Source: Pelomyxa schiedti (taxonomy: Eukaryota; Protista; Evosea). Taken from it: 64,000 bases of DNA. Position 1 is the stretch's first letter. Every line of letters begins with the position of its first letter. Of this stretch, positions 37,094-49,941 are shown in pieces. The position numbers and the translations under genes are program-made. The stretch spans positions 10,367 to 74,366 of the forward strand of contig JAHLWZ010000852.1 of the NCBI GenBank assembly GCA_020536535.1. The letters are read 5' to 3'. Under the pieces are notes generated by a model, which was given only the letters and a program-made list of their open reading frames with translations, ran no database searches and was not told the origin of the DNA.

Positions 37094-38500
37094 ATGGTCA
37101 CAAACGTGGAATTACTACGAACTCTCGAGGAGGTTGTTTTCCTAACTTTCTATTCCATTTATATATATATATCACTTACTTTGTACGTTATGGGCTTGGA
37201 TACTCACAAATTTTTTTTTTGTTTTATTTTATTTTTTGTATAGAAACGTGATTCTGGGGACCGTATGACCGAAATTGACAAGCACGTATGTTAGAAATAA
37301 CTGTGGATGAATATAGAAAGTGTAGCTCCACTTATGGTTATTTAGCTTCTTGGAATATTGAGGTCTATAGTTCCCACAGTGTTCCGCGGCCCTCAGGGAT
37401 CAGAAATATGTCGAGAGTACCAAGCAGTTATGCAGTATCATAATTTGAAACCTCGCGAACAGCTTCAGCTATTCAATCATGCACCTTCCATGGATCTTGA
37501 ATTGTATTTGGTAGAGAATCTCGTGTGGGTATTTGTCTCACTTTATGTAACAGATGATTGAAAATTGTGCAGCTCGCTTCCCCGGCTCTGCAGTTACCAA
37601 CCTTTTGGTGGACCTTACTCAAGCTCTCGCTGGAAAAAGGCCTTCAGAACGATATAAAAGCCAGGTAACCTTGCCTGTGTTGAGCACCACAGCGTCATCT
37701 ACATCCATGGACACGCCTCTACCTGAATCACCGGAAATGTGGCACGGCATTCGAAGGCTCAGGTATATGGAATTATACTATTTAACAGTAGACACAAGAT
37801 TTAAACAAACAAAAGCAAGAATGATTGGGGCACTACCACTCCCCCCACAGAGGACACGTGTAAATTCATTCCGACTGGAGTGCATCCTGCTGAAATGCAA
37901 CCGCTAGCAAAATGCAGTGTCACCGAATTCTTTCCCGACTCAGACTTCGAGATAAAACTTACGGAACACACAGTAAAATGCCACACAAAAAAATCTTCAC
38001 TAATAGCATAGGGATATGGTTTGTTTACCCGGAAAGACTTGCCTGCAGGGAAACCGATCATTCCTTTCTGTGGCCAAGTGACTGTCAATTCCCCACACAA
38101 CATGTACACAGCAAGAATGGTTATTGATACTCCCACTGCACCACTATGCTTTTTCATTGACGCTGAACGGACTGGAGGTGTGGCCCGCTTTATCAACCAT
38201 GCGTGTGAAGGCAAAAACAATGTTTCCACATGTGTTCTGTGGGTCACTGAGTGGAACGAACCAGCCTTGATAGTGTGTTCCCGCTGTGAAATTCCCGCAA
38301 ACACTGAGATTCTGTTGGACTACAGTGTCACCATCATCAGTGATAACCCCAAAGATCAGAGCATTCCTTGCCAGTGTGGTTCTGTAAGCTGCAAAAAGAC
38401 CTTATGCCCCACAACTAGTGCATCTCTACCACAAGCCCAAACTCAAGTTTCCATTCCTCCCCCAACTCACAAACACCATCACCACAAAAGAAGGCTCTGA
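37094..38500 (+). CDS. SET-domain lysine methyltransferase with post-SET
   Basis: GYGLFT..D...G, IDA...G..ARFINHAC, EILLDY, CQCGSVSCK. Confidence 0.85.
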
Positions 38501-38556
38501 AGGGAAAAACCCTGCCAGTCCCAACAAACAAAAGTACTTTTCCTTTTTTTTTTTGC

Positions 38557-41500
38557 TTAGGTCTGGAAGTAGGTGTGTGATTTTTGTGCCGTGGCAATGA
38601 GGTGATTGAGGAGGGTATAGCCAGAAATAGCATGCTGGTCCCCATTGGTTAAAACGGAGCCTCCGGATGTGTGTCTTAACAAGTTTTCACTTGCAACTAC
38701 TATGCACTTCTATAGGGAATGATAAGGAAACACAGTCACTGTGACTAGAGATACCTGTTTGGCTCGGGTCACAGCTACATTGAGCCGTTGCTTGTTGTAA
38801 ATGAAATTCAGTTCCCCAGTACATACACTGGGGAAAACATAGTCCACAATTACAACATCCCTTTCTTGGCCCTGGACCTTCTCTACAGTGTTAACGGAAT
38901 TCTGTATATCGATTCCAGATTGAAATAACGGTGCTGTGAGGTTTTGTCCAAAGCAAGGACATAATTTTTGAAGAACGGCAAGCCTCTGTATGTGCTTTGG
39001 TGTCACAACAAATAGAGTGTTTCTCCAGAAGGTGGAGTCCGGTACCTGAAAAGTTATTAGTATAAGGGCACACAGGTTGTCATACTGTTGTATTGTTACG
39101 TAAAAATGAACATAAGTCTGCGATCAATTTCACGCCAACAGTTTCTTGCCTTTAAATTGTGAGAGCATCCTCCAAGAAAAGGAAGCAGTTACTTAACCAC
39201 AATGAAAACAAAGGCGAAATCAGGGTTCAGGGCATTCTGAATAATCGTTCCTTGCTTTTGCAGTAAAGCTGGGTCCAGAATGCGCAATCTCTGAGAGGCA
39301 ATCTGTAGGCGTTGGTATCTTAGTGGCCATGGAAAGGAAAAACCTCTTGCGTTGCTGGGTGAAAGGGGTTTGTGGGGTTTCGATACAGCATGGACGCCAT
39401 AATGTCACACAATTGGGTACACATTCTAGTTGTTTCTGAGAAAATAAATTGACATGATTATAAACACCTCCAAGACTCTGTAAGCATACTGGAGAAGCTA
39501 CAACTGCAATTCATTAAAGAGGAGAAGGGGAAAAAAGGTGTTACCTCTGGTCAGAGGCTTGGAAATAACCAAAAAGTGACGAATCCAGTCTCCCCCATGG
39601 GGATCCTTTCCTCTCTTCAGGTATGAGCCGTGAAAGAGTTGGGGATAGAACAAAACTCACTAATGAGTATTCAGTAAAGTTGCCGAAAGAAAAGCAATTG
39701 TGACACCTCGTTTAACAGGTCCCAGTTGGTTCTCATCCCCAAAGAGCAATAGTCGTCCACTTGGTTTGAGATAACACATTGGTATACTGAGTTCAGGAAG
39801 AGTGCTCTGTGTGGCTTCATCCCAAAGAATGACATCAGCCTCCAGAATGTGAGTAACATGATGGACAGGCGTTACGTTACTACCATCGGTGGTTTTGTCA
39901 TTTCCTTGAAGTGTCTGATTTGCCACACAGTCCCACCAATTACAGCAAACTTGGCGTTGGAAAGGAAGTTAAACACAGTGCACATCTCCCCGTGCTTGCA
40001 TGTGGGGTAATTCAAACACCTTAGGTGCTTGCCATCTTTTTCCAATCGACCAATACAAAACGGTTCGTTACTAGATCCATCTCTCAGGATTGGTAATGAG
40101 AAGAAGGTCATACTCTTGTTGTCGGTTCAGCTGTGATAGCGATTGGAGCAGAGTTGAGATACTGGTATTGGTGAAGCAAACAGCAAGAGCTAAAAATCTA
40201 TCCTTGCCGGATCTTATTGCCTGGCGCATCATTAACAGAGCAGTTGCCGCGATAACACGTGATTTGCCAGATCCAGGGGGCCCCCACACAAGATGAAGGT
40301 GTTGGTCAAAACACTTTTTCACCACCTTGGTTGGTTAGACACAGCAGCGAATATCATGCCTAGTACCTTTGACTGTTCAACTGTAAGAAGAGACGCAGGA
40401 AGGGGTTCTGGAGGAAATTGCAGTAGTGTGTCAGGTTTAAAACTCTGAAAGAGTTCCATTGTCATGAGGAGTGTAAAAATGGGAAAATAATGAACACACA
40501 GAGAGAGCCCAATCTATCGGATTGTGTATAACATTTAGAAAAAGAGAGGGCTTGCCATAAAGCTGAAGATGTGTATAAAGCATTGGAGAAGTTACATCTT
40601 GGTTGGCAGTGCACAAGAGATAATGAGCACCTTTCACGGAATTAAACACATAGGCTGTGGAGAAATACTACCTGGTTTTACAGTCGTAGATGCCATTATG
40701 GACAGAGCTAACACAAGATTCCCACCTTCTGATACTGTCCAGGTTAAGTACTTCTTAGGGGAGGGATGACCTACAGCGTGTGGATTCCACTCGCACTAAA
40801 ATATTACTGAATGCCCTGTTCTTGGAAAAAAGAGCTCCAAACTCATTCGTAGTGAACAGTTTCTTCTGGGCTGCGCTCCGTGCGCCGTTCGCTTCCTTAT
40901 TACCACAAGAGCAGTCCCCGCAACAGTGACAGTAGGAGTGGGTACTTTTCGAGCAAGTGCACTCAACTAGAAGATTAAATACTTCTCTCTCAATACGTGA
41001 CATGTATTGAGTGAAGTGTGGCCCATCAGCGGAAGTCATTACTGTAGTGAAGATAGCTTTTGATATCTGGTAGGTGTTGGAGGGAAACAGAGTGAAGATG
41101 AAAGTTGACAGGTATTTCTGGCCTAGGTTGGTCTTCAGGTAACGCAGCACTGCAAGTAACTACAACACAGGACTTCTTTCTGCAAAAAAAATTAGACAAG
41201 TTGTGTACAAATGTTGGGTACTCTTCTTGGTATTCGAGGGAATGAGATCTCACAAATCTCTGTTTTTCAGCAAAGTCATAGCATTCTTGCTGGAGGAGAT
41301 ACAAAAAGCGTGGAATATAACCAGAGCCAGCTTTATGTATCAGAGGCCACTTAAACAATGGTGGACGAGGGAGCAATCTGGGAGGTTGGTTATGCAACGG
41401 AATCGAGAGAATTATACCTTGAATGTACTTCAGAGCCCTCTAATGTGTGTCGCAGTCCATTTAGAACCTCAAACGTGGACATGATTTTTTTCTTCATCCA

Positions 41501-44500
41501 CTGTTCTCGAACTTCTTCTGAGAACTCTTTTGATGATGAGACGGAAATTGGTGTGCAGAAGAAGGCACACTTGTGGAGGTTTGTGAGAGGTAAAATTCGG
41601 CTACCATCTCTGTGTCAAGTGACTCGAGAGGAGAGATGTCAGACATTAATTTATAAATTTCTTCTCTTAGCGCAGCTCCTCTATTCTGCTGAGTAAGAGT
41701 GATACAATACGATAGCTTTACTAACTGTGTAAGAGCAGCACAGTAGTCTCCTAATGTAGCATCATAAAAAAGAGGAAGTGCCAGATGGCGATCGACTTCG
41801 GATTTCAGGACTACAACCCGTAAGGGTGTACAAGAAGATAAGTCAGGCTGTTGGATAACGTTACCAAGGTTCTAAAGTAATTGTGAATAACCTGAAGTGG
41901 AGCATGTAAAAGAAGCCCGTCTGGAAAAAGAGTTGCCAAAAGCCTGGAAGCTTGTTTCGAAAAATCCTAGATGTGAAGTATCAGCATATGAGAACAAGAG
42001 AGAAATTCGACTGTACATTGAAATCTTGTTCAACGTCAGGCGAAACCACATCTGAGTCCAGAGTTGCCACAACACTCGTGACATTGGGAGTTGCGTTCTC
42101 GTTACCAGAAGGCGGTGCAGTGGTTACTACCGCTTCTTGAGATGAGGGCAAGGCAAGAATAGGGCTGCTATCCACATAACTTGGCAACTGGTGCGCAATA
42201 TGCATACTTTCAGTACTTGGTTCTGGTGCCGCCTTCATGGTTTTCGTGGAATCTTTTTTTTTTCTTGCAGTCGTTTTCCTTGTACTCGTGGGGGTAGATT
42301 CGCCAATTGGTTGAGTATTAGGTGACTCTTCTGATGATTGCACATCTCTTTGTTTGAGTTGTGCTGCAAGCTTAGATTGGGAACGTGTCACCGCTCCAGC
42401 TGAGCGTATTTTTGCAGGATCGATATCATCCTTTTCCTTCAGAGTATATTCAAAAGTTTACAAAGGAAAACAGGGTGGAATTACATGAGAGTTGTTTGTG
42501 GCTTCCAGATTAACAGCTCCAAAATCTTCAATCAGCTTGGGAATACCGTCATCTTGTTCTGCTTTAGATCGTCTTCTATTTGAGGGGCTCTGCTGCGGGA
42601 GTGGGAGACCAGAAGGGGAGGAGAAAAGGGGAGAAGGGGGAGGAAGCACTGCAGGAGATGGTGGAACAATTGAGGGGGTTGGAGGTGCAACTGGTGAGGA
42701 TGGTGAAAGTATTGACGATGGGGACTTCATATACCGAGAGGTTTTAGATGACGTCCTTTTCTTGTCTACCATGCAGTTTAAAATTTTTAACAAAAAGTGC
42801 TGCAGTGATCTCTACCTGGTGCTTTCTTCATTGGTGTAATGAAAGCCGTGGAACTAGCAGCACTGGCACTTATGTTCTGTGAGAACACACCAATACAATT
42901 TACAAAGAAGTACATTGGCTCAGTAGATTCAAAAGACGGGGGTATTTTCCATGCATTACTCAGAAGGATTGCTTTAAACGCATTAAGTTCAATCTGGAAC
43001 ATCAAAGTAAATTCTGAGTCAAAAGGTCATGGTGAAAATTACCTGGTCCCAGATGTAAATTTGTGTGTGCACTCTCTGCTGCCAAGGAAGAGGTTCATTA
43101 TAGGCAGATACCTTGTCTAGAACACAGTACACGGCAGTGATAAGGTTACATTGTAATTCGCTGTTTACCTCCGGCGGAACAACGTTTGTATCTTGAAGTT
43201 CAGATAAGTAATTGAACATCTGGCCTGTAATGTGAAAAGTTACCTGCTAGTACGTTTGTAAGTATTACAGAGGTTGCAGAAACTTCATGGAACCACTTCA
43301 GATGTGATGATGCCGGGGTGTCAAGGTGAAAGAGTGGGGAGAGAATTTGCTGAAAGATAAGGGTTGGTGATAATTCCTTCGGCCCCCTAAATGTCGTTGG
43401 GGTAAAGTAATGTCAAAATTATCTAACCTTTGCCTGTTAAATATACCCATGCCCCAAGATAACAGGGAAAGTCTATGATAGTCAAAAGTAAGTCCTATCA
43501 CAACTGCCAGGTTCTCACAGGCAGGGAGTGTGGAGGATCCAAGATGCGCAGGGCCCAGTACAACGACCCGACGTTCATTAAACGACTTCAGACGAGATGA
43601 AACGCTCTCAATTGGCATACAATCTGAGATGCACCTCTTACCAAAGTTGGGTGACGACCTCAGGTAATGTTATTAAGGTAGATTTTGGTACTAGAAAACA
43701 TCAATTCCGCCAAAGAGTTTTGGCATTCCGGGACAGTAAGCAGTAGGCAATTCTCTTCAAGAATGTCTCGAACTTCAGCATCAATACCGTTTATCAGGAA
43801 GACTGACTGGATTTCTGGTCAATGGGAAGAAAACAATCAAATGGGAGACCTTTTCTTCCTGTGCACGTCTTCAAGACTAAGTTAAAAAGGTTGAGAAAAA
43901 CTTGGAAGGTACCTTACACAATACTCCGAGTAAACACAGCTCTTGCATGCTGAAAGAAGACAGGACTCTACTTGGTCAAATGAACTGGTGGCTACCTGAG
44001 CCAGCCTAGCTACATGTGGCAGGAGAGTCTGAATAATATACATCCGTGCAGATGTAAGATGAACAAGTGAAAAGGTATTCTCTCCAGAAAGCCATATCCC
44101 CCCTGAGGTAGTATTTACCAAGAGTGGGATATCCTTTTCCTAGGGATGATGAATTAATAGTTTCACCCATATGAGGCACACCTGGCAAGTTGCTTCAAGG
44201 ATCATTGTATACAAGCTGAGTTGTAAATTATATGCGGCTTTTGTGTGTGGAGAGGCTTTAGCGTCTTTTGGGGGTGAGATTTGTAGAGTAGCAACACACT
44301 AATACCAATGATAAACGCTTCCCTTCCATTGCTCGACCCTGTACTATGTCAAATCAAAGGATATATCTAATAAGCAGGGATACATACTACGGATTTCTAT
44401 GAGGTCAGGATAACATCTGGAGAATGACAAAACTGAAGACTGAGGGAAATTTAAAAAGGATGCTCTAAAAGTTGAATTCACAAGTAAGCAAGCCTGATAA

Positions 44501-45817
44501 ATGAACACCCTAAAAAAGTGATAAGAAATCAAATAGAGGAAGGCAAGGGTTTACCTCTTTCCCTCTACAGGCTCTACAGTACGTAGAAGGTTGATAGTCT
44601 CAGAGGGCGTGAATTTGTTGTTTGGAGGTGCTGGCTGATGCACAATGTCACCGCGCTGACAAATCATACTTATGAGCTTGCTCTCCCACTCAAATCCACT
44701 GTTGATGTAATAGCGTGACATAGGACTCACTAGAAGGAAAGGGGGAGCATTTTTCACCTTAGTTTTACTCAATTCTTACAATTGTAAAGGTTATGTTACA
44801 TGTTCCAGGATATCCGCGATGTATTACTACTTCTGATGTGCAAGAGCTGCTTAATGCATTTGGAGCACTGAGGCTGTGGGCATATGGGTCCATGGTCAGC
44901 TGTATTCTTTTGTGGTGAGGATCGTCCATAGTTACCCAATATACCTGAAGTGCTTGTTACAGAGAAGAATGTAACTGGGTAGGCTCTTAGCAGCACCAGT
45001 TTCCAGTATGCTGGCATTAAGTGGATCCAGAGGAAGCACTTTGGCTCCAGAAGAAGTTTGGAAAAACCATGTTGCTCTGTGAAGGTGGAACTGATTTGAA
45101 GAGTGAACCTAAAGTATAGGAGAGAAGAACTCACATAGAGATGAGTGTCCGAAAAACTGAATGTAATGAACATTTTCCCCACGTCGACTGTACAAACAGC
45201 CTTTCCTTCTGGGGTGTCAAATTCACTGACTGCTACTCCTGCTCTGTCAAACTGATATAAGACTTCCAAAGCTGACGCTTGCACAGAGGGAAACGAAACC
45301 CCACAGCAACAAATATCAGAGCACTTCTCTGGATCCAGGCAAGGGTTTTTTTGCTTCCACCACTTATAGCAAAAAGCACCAACAGATGAAATTGTGAACT
45401 TATGATGCCCGGTTTGAGATAAAGTTTCTTGACTTGGATTTGGAGGTACTCCCTAGGAGAAGCAAGATAGAATAAGATATCAATAGTCACCATTGCAATG
45501 CATACCTCTTCGAACGAAAAATACCATCTAGCAGATTGCACACCACTTGGGTCACCACTTCTTGATGTTGCACTCAATACCAAAAACCTACACATTTCTC
45601 ATTACTTTTGTTTTTGAAAAAAAAAAAAAAAAAAAAAGAAAGATTTCACGAGATAGGGAAACCTGTCGCAGTTTGACAAAGTGAAATAGGACATCAACAT
45701 GGATGGGCTGACCCGAAACTGCACCGACGACTTGGACGATGACGTCAATGCCGAAACACGAAGCACCCTCTCAGATTCCGTCATTGTTGTCGTTTCGCAG
45801 CACCTGCCCTCCTGCAT
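38557..45817 (-). CDS. Large Fe-S PD-(D/E)XK (Cas4/AddB/Dna2-like) nuclease + SF1B (UPF1/DNA2-like) helicase, with WWE-like insert
   Basis: Nuclease: VSPS......NCDR, G.EWE, YPDLIEI, DAKAS.....LQL..Y, CKSCVYSEYC. Helicase: WGPPGSGKS, FTN, DEATQ, GDENQLGP, TPKHIQR, TVEKVQGQE.DVV, RLNVAVTRAK. Confidence 0.85.
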
Positions 45818-46005
45818 CTTGCCCTTGACGTTCTTGTAATTTTATGATTTGGGCCGGTCTGATTTCTGTGAACTTCCTTCCTCAAGTCTGGAAGCCCACA
45901 ACCTCGGAAACGGTCCCGCCTTTGCCACCAAGGACACTCAGGAATATTCAAAATCATCAAAAAGTCTTTCTACAAAACTTCATTTGATGGAATGGTTCAC
46001 CTTCC

Positions 46006-46889
46006 TCAAACCAAGCCAAGTGATGAGTGGACACTCAGGACTCGACGACAGAGCTCTGTGAAGGCTAGACTTACATTGTCACCTGTCAGAGCACTGCACC
46101 TTTTGAATAGCAGGATCCCTTCTTTTTGCAGAAATACATTGACTTCTTCATCGCTTGTGCCATCTCTGTTCAAGTCGGTTTTGTTTGCCACAATCATTGG
46201 AACTATCCTTTTTGGAGCATGTTCTTTCATCATTTTATACCAGTCCTTCGCCTGATCAAAGGATTCCTGAATCTAAGTTAGCAAGAAAAAATACCAAAAA
46301 TTAACTTGAACCTTCTCCGTTGTGTCATAAACTACAGAAAAATATCCGGCAAATGTGAGTAGTTAACTCATGTTAGAGTAGAGAGGGAACGCACCAAGCA
46401 TAACGCCATGAGCACCTTTGGAACATTTTAATGTTAAACAGTTAGTGATGGAATACCTCTGAAGTAACTTGGGACCAATGAATGGTACCTTTCTGTTTGG
46501 CTTTAATAAGGGTGATTAATGCAAGCTGCTTAACCTTGGCCGGCAGTGTCCCATATCTACATTTTGTGAGTTGGCAAAACGAAACAAATGTGCTGTACAC
46601 TCAATTTCCGGTTCACACCATCGATCTGGAAGTCTGTCAACTCAAATGAATTTCTGGAAGGTGAATTTGTATGCGTTACGAGTCTAAAGGTGAGAACTTG
46701 AACACACGCAACAGTTACAGGGGTGGCAGTGGTGAAGGAGTTTTGGGTCAACCGATGCAAGAGAGATGATTTCCCCCCACCCGAAGGCCCCAGCATTACA
46801 ATTCTAATTGAGTCTTGTGGACTTCGTGAAGTTATCAGCGGCCGCGGCGGGGCCGCAGCAGAAGTACGGCCACACCCTCCGTTTCCCAT
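46006..46889 (-). CDS. Rab5/21/22-group-like small GTPase, N-terminal MGNGGC, no C-terminal Cys
   Basis: GPSGGGKS, WDTAGQ, ERYHSLVPSYFRGA, VYD, NKTD, SAL. Ends ..VHSSLGLV*. Confidence 0.88.
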
Positions 46890-46980
46890 TTCAGTTTTTT
46901 CAAAAAGAATGGTGGTGCAGTTCGGGGAAGAGAATCAACAATTTGCCCAATTTGGTGGAAAAACCAAAAACACAAGGAGA
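46890..46980. promoter_or_regulatory. Putative bidirectional promoter between Rab and VPS9 genes
   Basis: Only 91 bp separate the two divergent ATGs (46889 on -, 46981 on +). Confidence 0.55.
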
Positions 46981-48553
46981 ATGGGAAACGACAACAGCAT
47001 CGCCATAGACAATACCACTACCTATGCGCTCCATGTCATCATCATGCAAGTGGGACCCTTGCTTGACGCCATTGTCCCCAAGGAAAGCATGCTGCGAATC
47101 GACTGCAAGGCTCGTGTTTTGTAAGTGCACAACAACCATATTTCCCGCAAGCTCTTTTCCACGGCACTAAAAGCACACACGCGCAGCTTCACCGTTGCAG
47201 TGTCCAAGGCCCCAGCGGACCCCACGCCCGTCAGAATAACCAACTGGGACGTCGCCAAGCCCATCGTCCTGGTGACCTCTGGCACCGTCCTAGCCGCCGC
47301 CACTGGCTGTGTCCTCCTGTCCCCCCTCAGGGTCACAGTAGGTTGCGGGGCTGCGGTGCTCGGCCTGGGCGTCACCTCCGCAGCGGCGACCACCTGCGCA
47401 GTGAACGCGAGGCTGGCGCGCCGCGACTTTGGCTGCATGTCGGCAAACTGCAGCCTTCTGGCCGGGTACATGAACCAGGAGGAGTGGAACGATGCGAGAG
47501 AGCTGCAAGAGGCTTTCGTATCTAGTGCGGGAAAAACTATGTTCCGTGTGGGGGCGAAGACTAAAGTTCACCTCCCTAGATTGTCAGCCCAACACTTCGT
47601 GGGAGGATCTTAATCACCATCTTGTCCATTTGGATGCCATTTTCAAAGCCAAAGGCATAGAGCAAGTAAGCAAATCTCTCGGTGCTGTCAGTAACAACAA
47701 CTGTAGAGTGAAATCGATGAACTTATGAGAGAAGTGCAGTATCACTTCTTCGATTCTTGTTACGACATACTTGTTATTCCTGATGTAGCCAAATTCCCAG
47801 AGAAAAAACCCACAATACACAGGGGGATGATGATAATTTCAGAGTCGCGGTGAGAAATGGAAAAGATAAAGCTCTTCTTAGTGTTTCTGATGATTCGTGT
47901 ACCCCCGCTGTTCCTCCTGTTTGAAATGACTTTTGTTACCCGAAAATGCAGGGGACTACCTACAGGAATTCACACGAGAACTTGAAGCAATCTCAAAAGC
48001 TCGGAGCCCTCATATGATTCTAAGATGTGTTGAGAACGCGGAATCAGTACTGGCCGGCTATTGGAGAAAATTCAAAAGCCCAACAGAACCCACCCCACCG
48101 GAAGGTCCGATGCTGTAATTGCCCCAAGTCTAATTCTTGTTTTCTTTAGCTCTAGCAGAATGGATGGAACTTGGCTTATATCAGGCGAATATACTGAATA
48201 TGCACTCTATCCTTAACTACCTTGCTCGTTTTCAGGAAGCCCTTCCGGACCACTTGTATGCCAATCAATCATCCCGTACAACTGATCTTTAAAAAGGCAA
48301 TATCTGTATCGAACCCTCGCAGGAATGGTGGGGGTCATCGAACGTGTGTTTCCCAGTTTACCGACACAAAAACTAAATAGGGCACCAAAAAGAAAGGGCA
48401 ACAGGAGGAAGGTCATACAAATACCTTGGCATTGGGACGCGGCCCTGTTATGCAACCAAGTATGGTGTTTATGCCAATGGGAAGACCACTGTACATGTGG
48501 AAGAAGATGTCAATGGTTTCTTGGTGTTACGAACTTCCCATGATGTATCTTGA
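46981..48553 (+). CDS. Divergent VPS9-domain protein with MGNxxS start and hydrophobic segment
   Basis: ELEAISKARSPHMILRCV; PPE|ALAEWMELGLYQANILNMHSILNYLARF aligns without gaps to the VPS9 sADdfLP..iy...kAnp..l.Sni.Yi.rF block; YLYRTL..MV..IE. Confidence 0.6.
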
Positions 48554-48870
48554 TTGTATTATAAACCATTGTTTGGTTGGAAGAGGAAACCAACAACTTG
48601 TTACAAAAAAAAAAAAAAAAAAAAAAAAGGAATAGTTTGGGCATTTGTGAAGAGTCCTCTTCTCCAGAAAAGTGCTGGTATTACATGATTTGTTGTGTTG
48701 TTGTTATTTCAATAGGATCAGGAGGCTTCTTATTTGTGGTGGGGTAGTAATTCACCCACGATTGCCATCTCTAGCAGTCCTGCCAATGCACAGAGCCACC
48801 TTTCCTGAGTGACTTTGAGTGGTAGGCCCAATTTTATTATAGGGATCATACAAGCTACAACTCCTTGATT

Positions 48871-49752
48871 TCAAACTGAGGCAAGAGATGGATTCACAAT
48901 GAGGACTTGACGACAGAGCTCTGTGAACGCTTCTGTAACATTATCGCCTCTCTGAGCACTGCACCTTTCAAAAAGCGGGTGGCCTACACTGTGAAGGAAT
49001 TCATCGACCTCCTCGGGAGATGTGGCATCATTGTTCAGGTCAATTTTATTGGCCACAATCATTACAGTGATAGTATCTGGAGCATTTTCCATCAATTCGG
49101 CATACCATTCCTTCATCCTTAGAAAGGATTTCCTGTCTGTCGTGTCATACACTGTTGAAAAAGTTTAAAAAAACATTTCAATGAGAAGTGGGTAGGAAAC
49201 GCACCAATCATCGCTCCATGAGCCCCTTTTCAAAATAAGTTACTGGAAGAAGAATTAGGGGTACCTCTGTAGTATAGATGCGTCATAGCATGGAAGATTT
49301 CTGTTTGTAATTGTAAGGGGGTAATTATTCTATTCAGGAGAACCTTGGCCTGCAGTGTCCCAAATCTACACTTTGTGGGTAAACCAAAAAAATCAGATGG
49401 AGGGTGTACAGTCAATTTGGCTTCCTTCCCGTCTATAGGGAATCGTTTCGACTCCAAGTTAACCCTACTCAGAGAGAAGAATTCGTTATGGTATGTTCTC
49501 TGAGAGAATTTGTACACACCCAACAGTTGCCACAGTATTGTTGTTAAAGGTTTTTTTGACAAACTGCACCAAGAGAGATGTTTTTCCACCTCCTGAATGG
49601 CCCACCATGACAAGTCTAATTGGAGTTGGTCCCACAGGTGGGGGTGCCTTTGGGTAATTTCTCACCGACAGTGATGGTGATGATGGTGTCACTTGGGAAG
49701 CAGCGGTAGAAGAACTTGAACCATTCTTGTTTTTTGAACCGCAACCCCCCAT
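48871..49752 (-). CDS. Rab5/21/22-group-like small GTPase paralog, N-terminal MGGCGS, no C-terminal Cys
   Basis: GHSGGGKT, WDTAGQ, EIFHAMTHLYYRGA, YDTT, NKID, SAQ. Ends ..VNPSLASV*. Shares intron layout and 3' DNA similarity with the gene at 46006-46889. Confidence 0.88.
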
Positions 49753-49941
49753 TTCTGTTTTGGAATTTTTAGTGCGCCCGCCTTGGGTGACTTGGTCCGC
49801 CCTCTGTTGGTGACAATTTGAAGGAATTGAATTCAAACCAACTTGAAGCCGCTTTCGGCGACCACCTTGTTTTTGTCACAGAGGTGCTCTCAGGTTACAA
49901 TTGTTTCCTGCTGTTCACAGGCAAGACTTTTTTTTTTTTTA

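Noticed and set aside
48605-48628. Long poly-A tract after the VPS9 gene suggesting a retrocopy
   Set aside because: The gene has introns, and similar A/T runs occur throughout the window.
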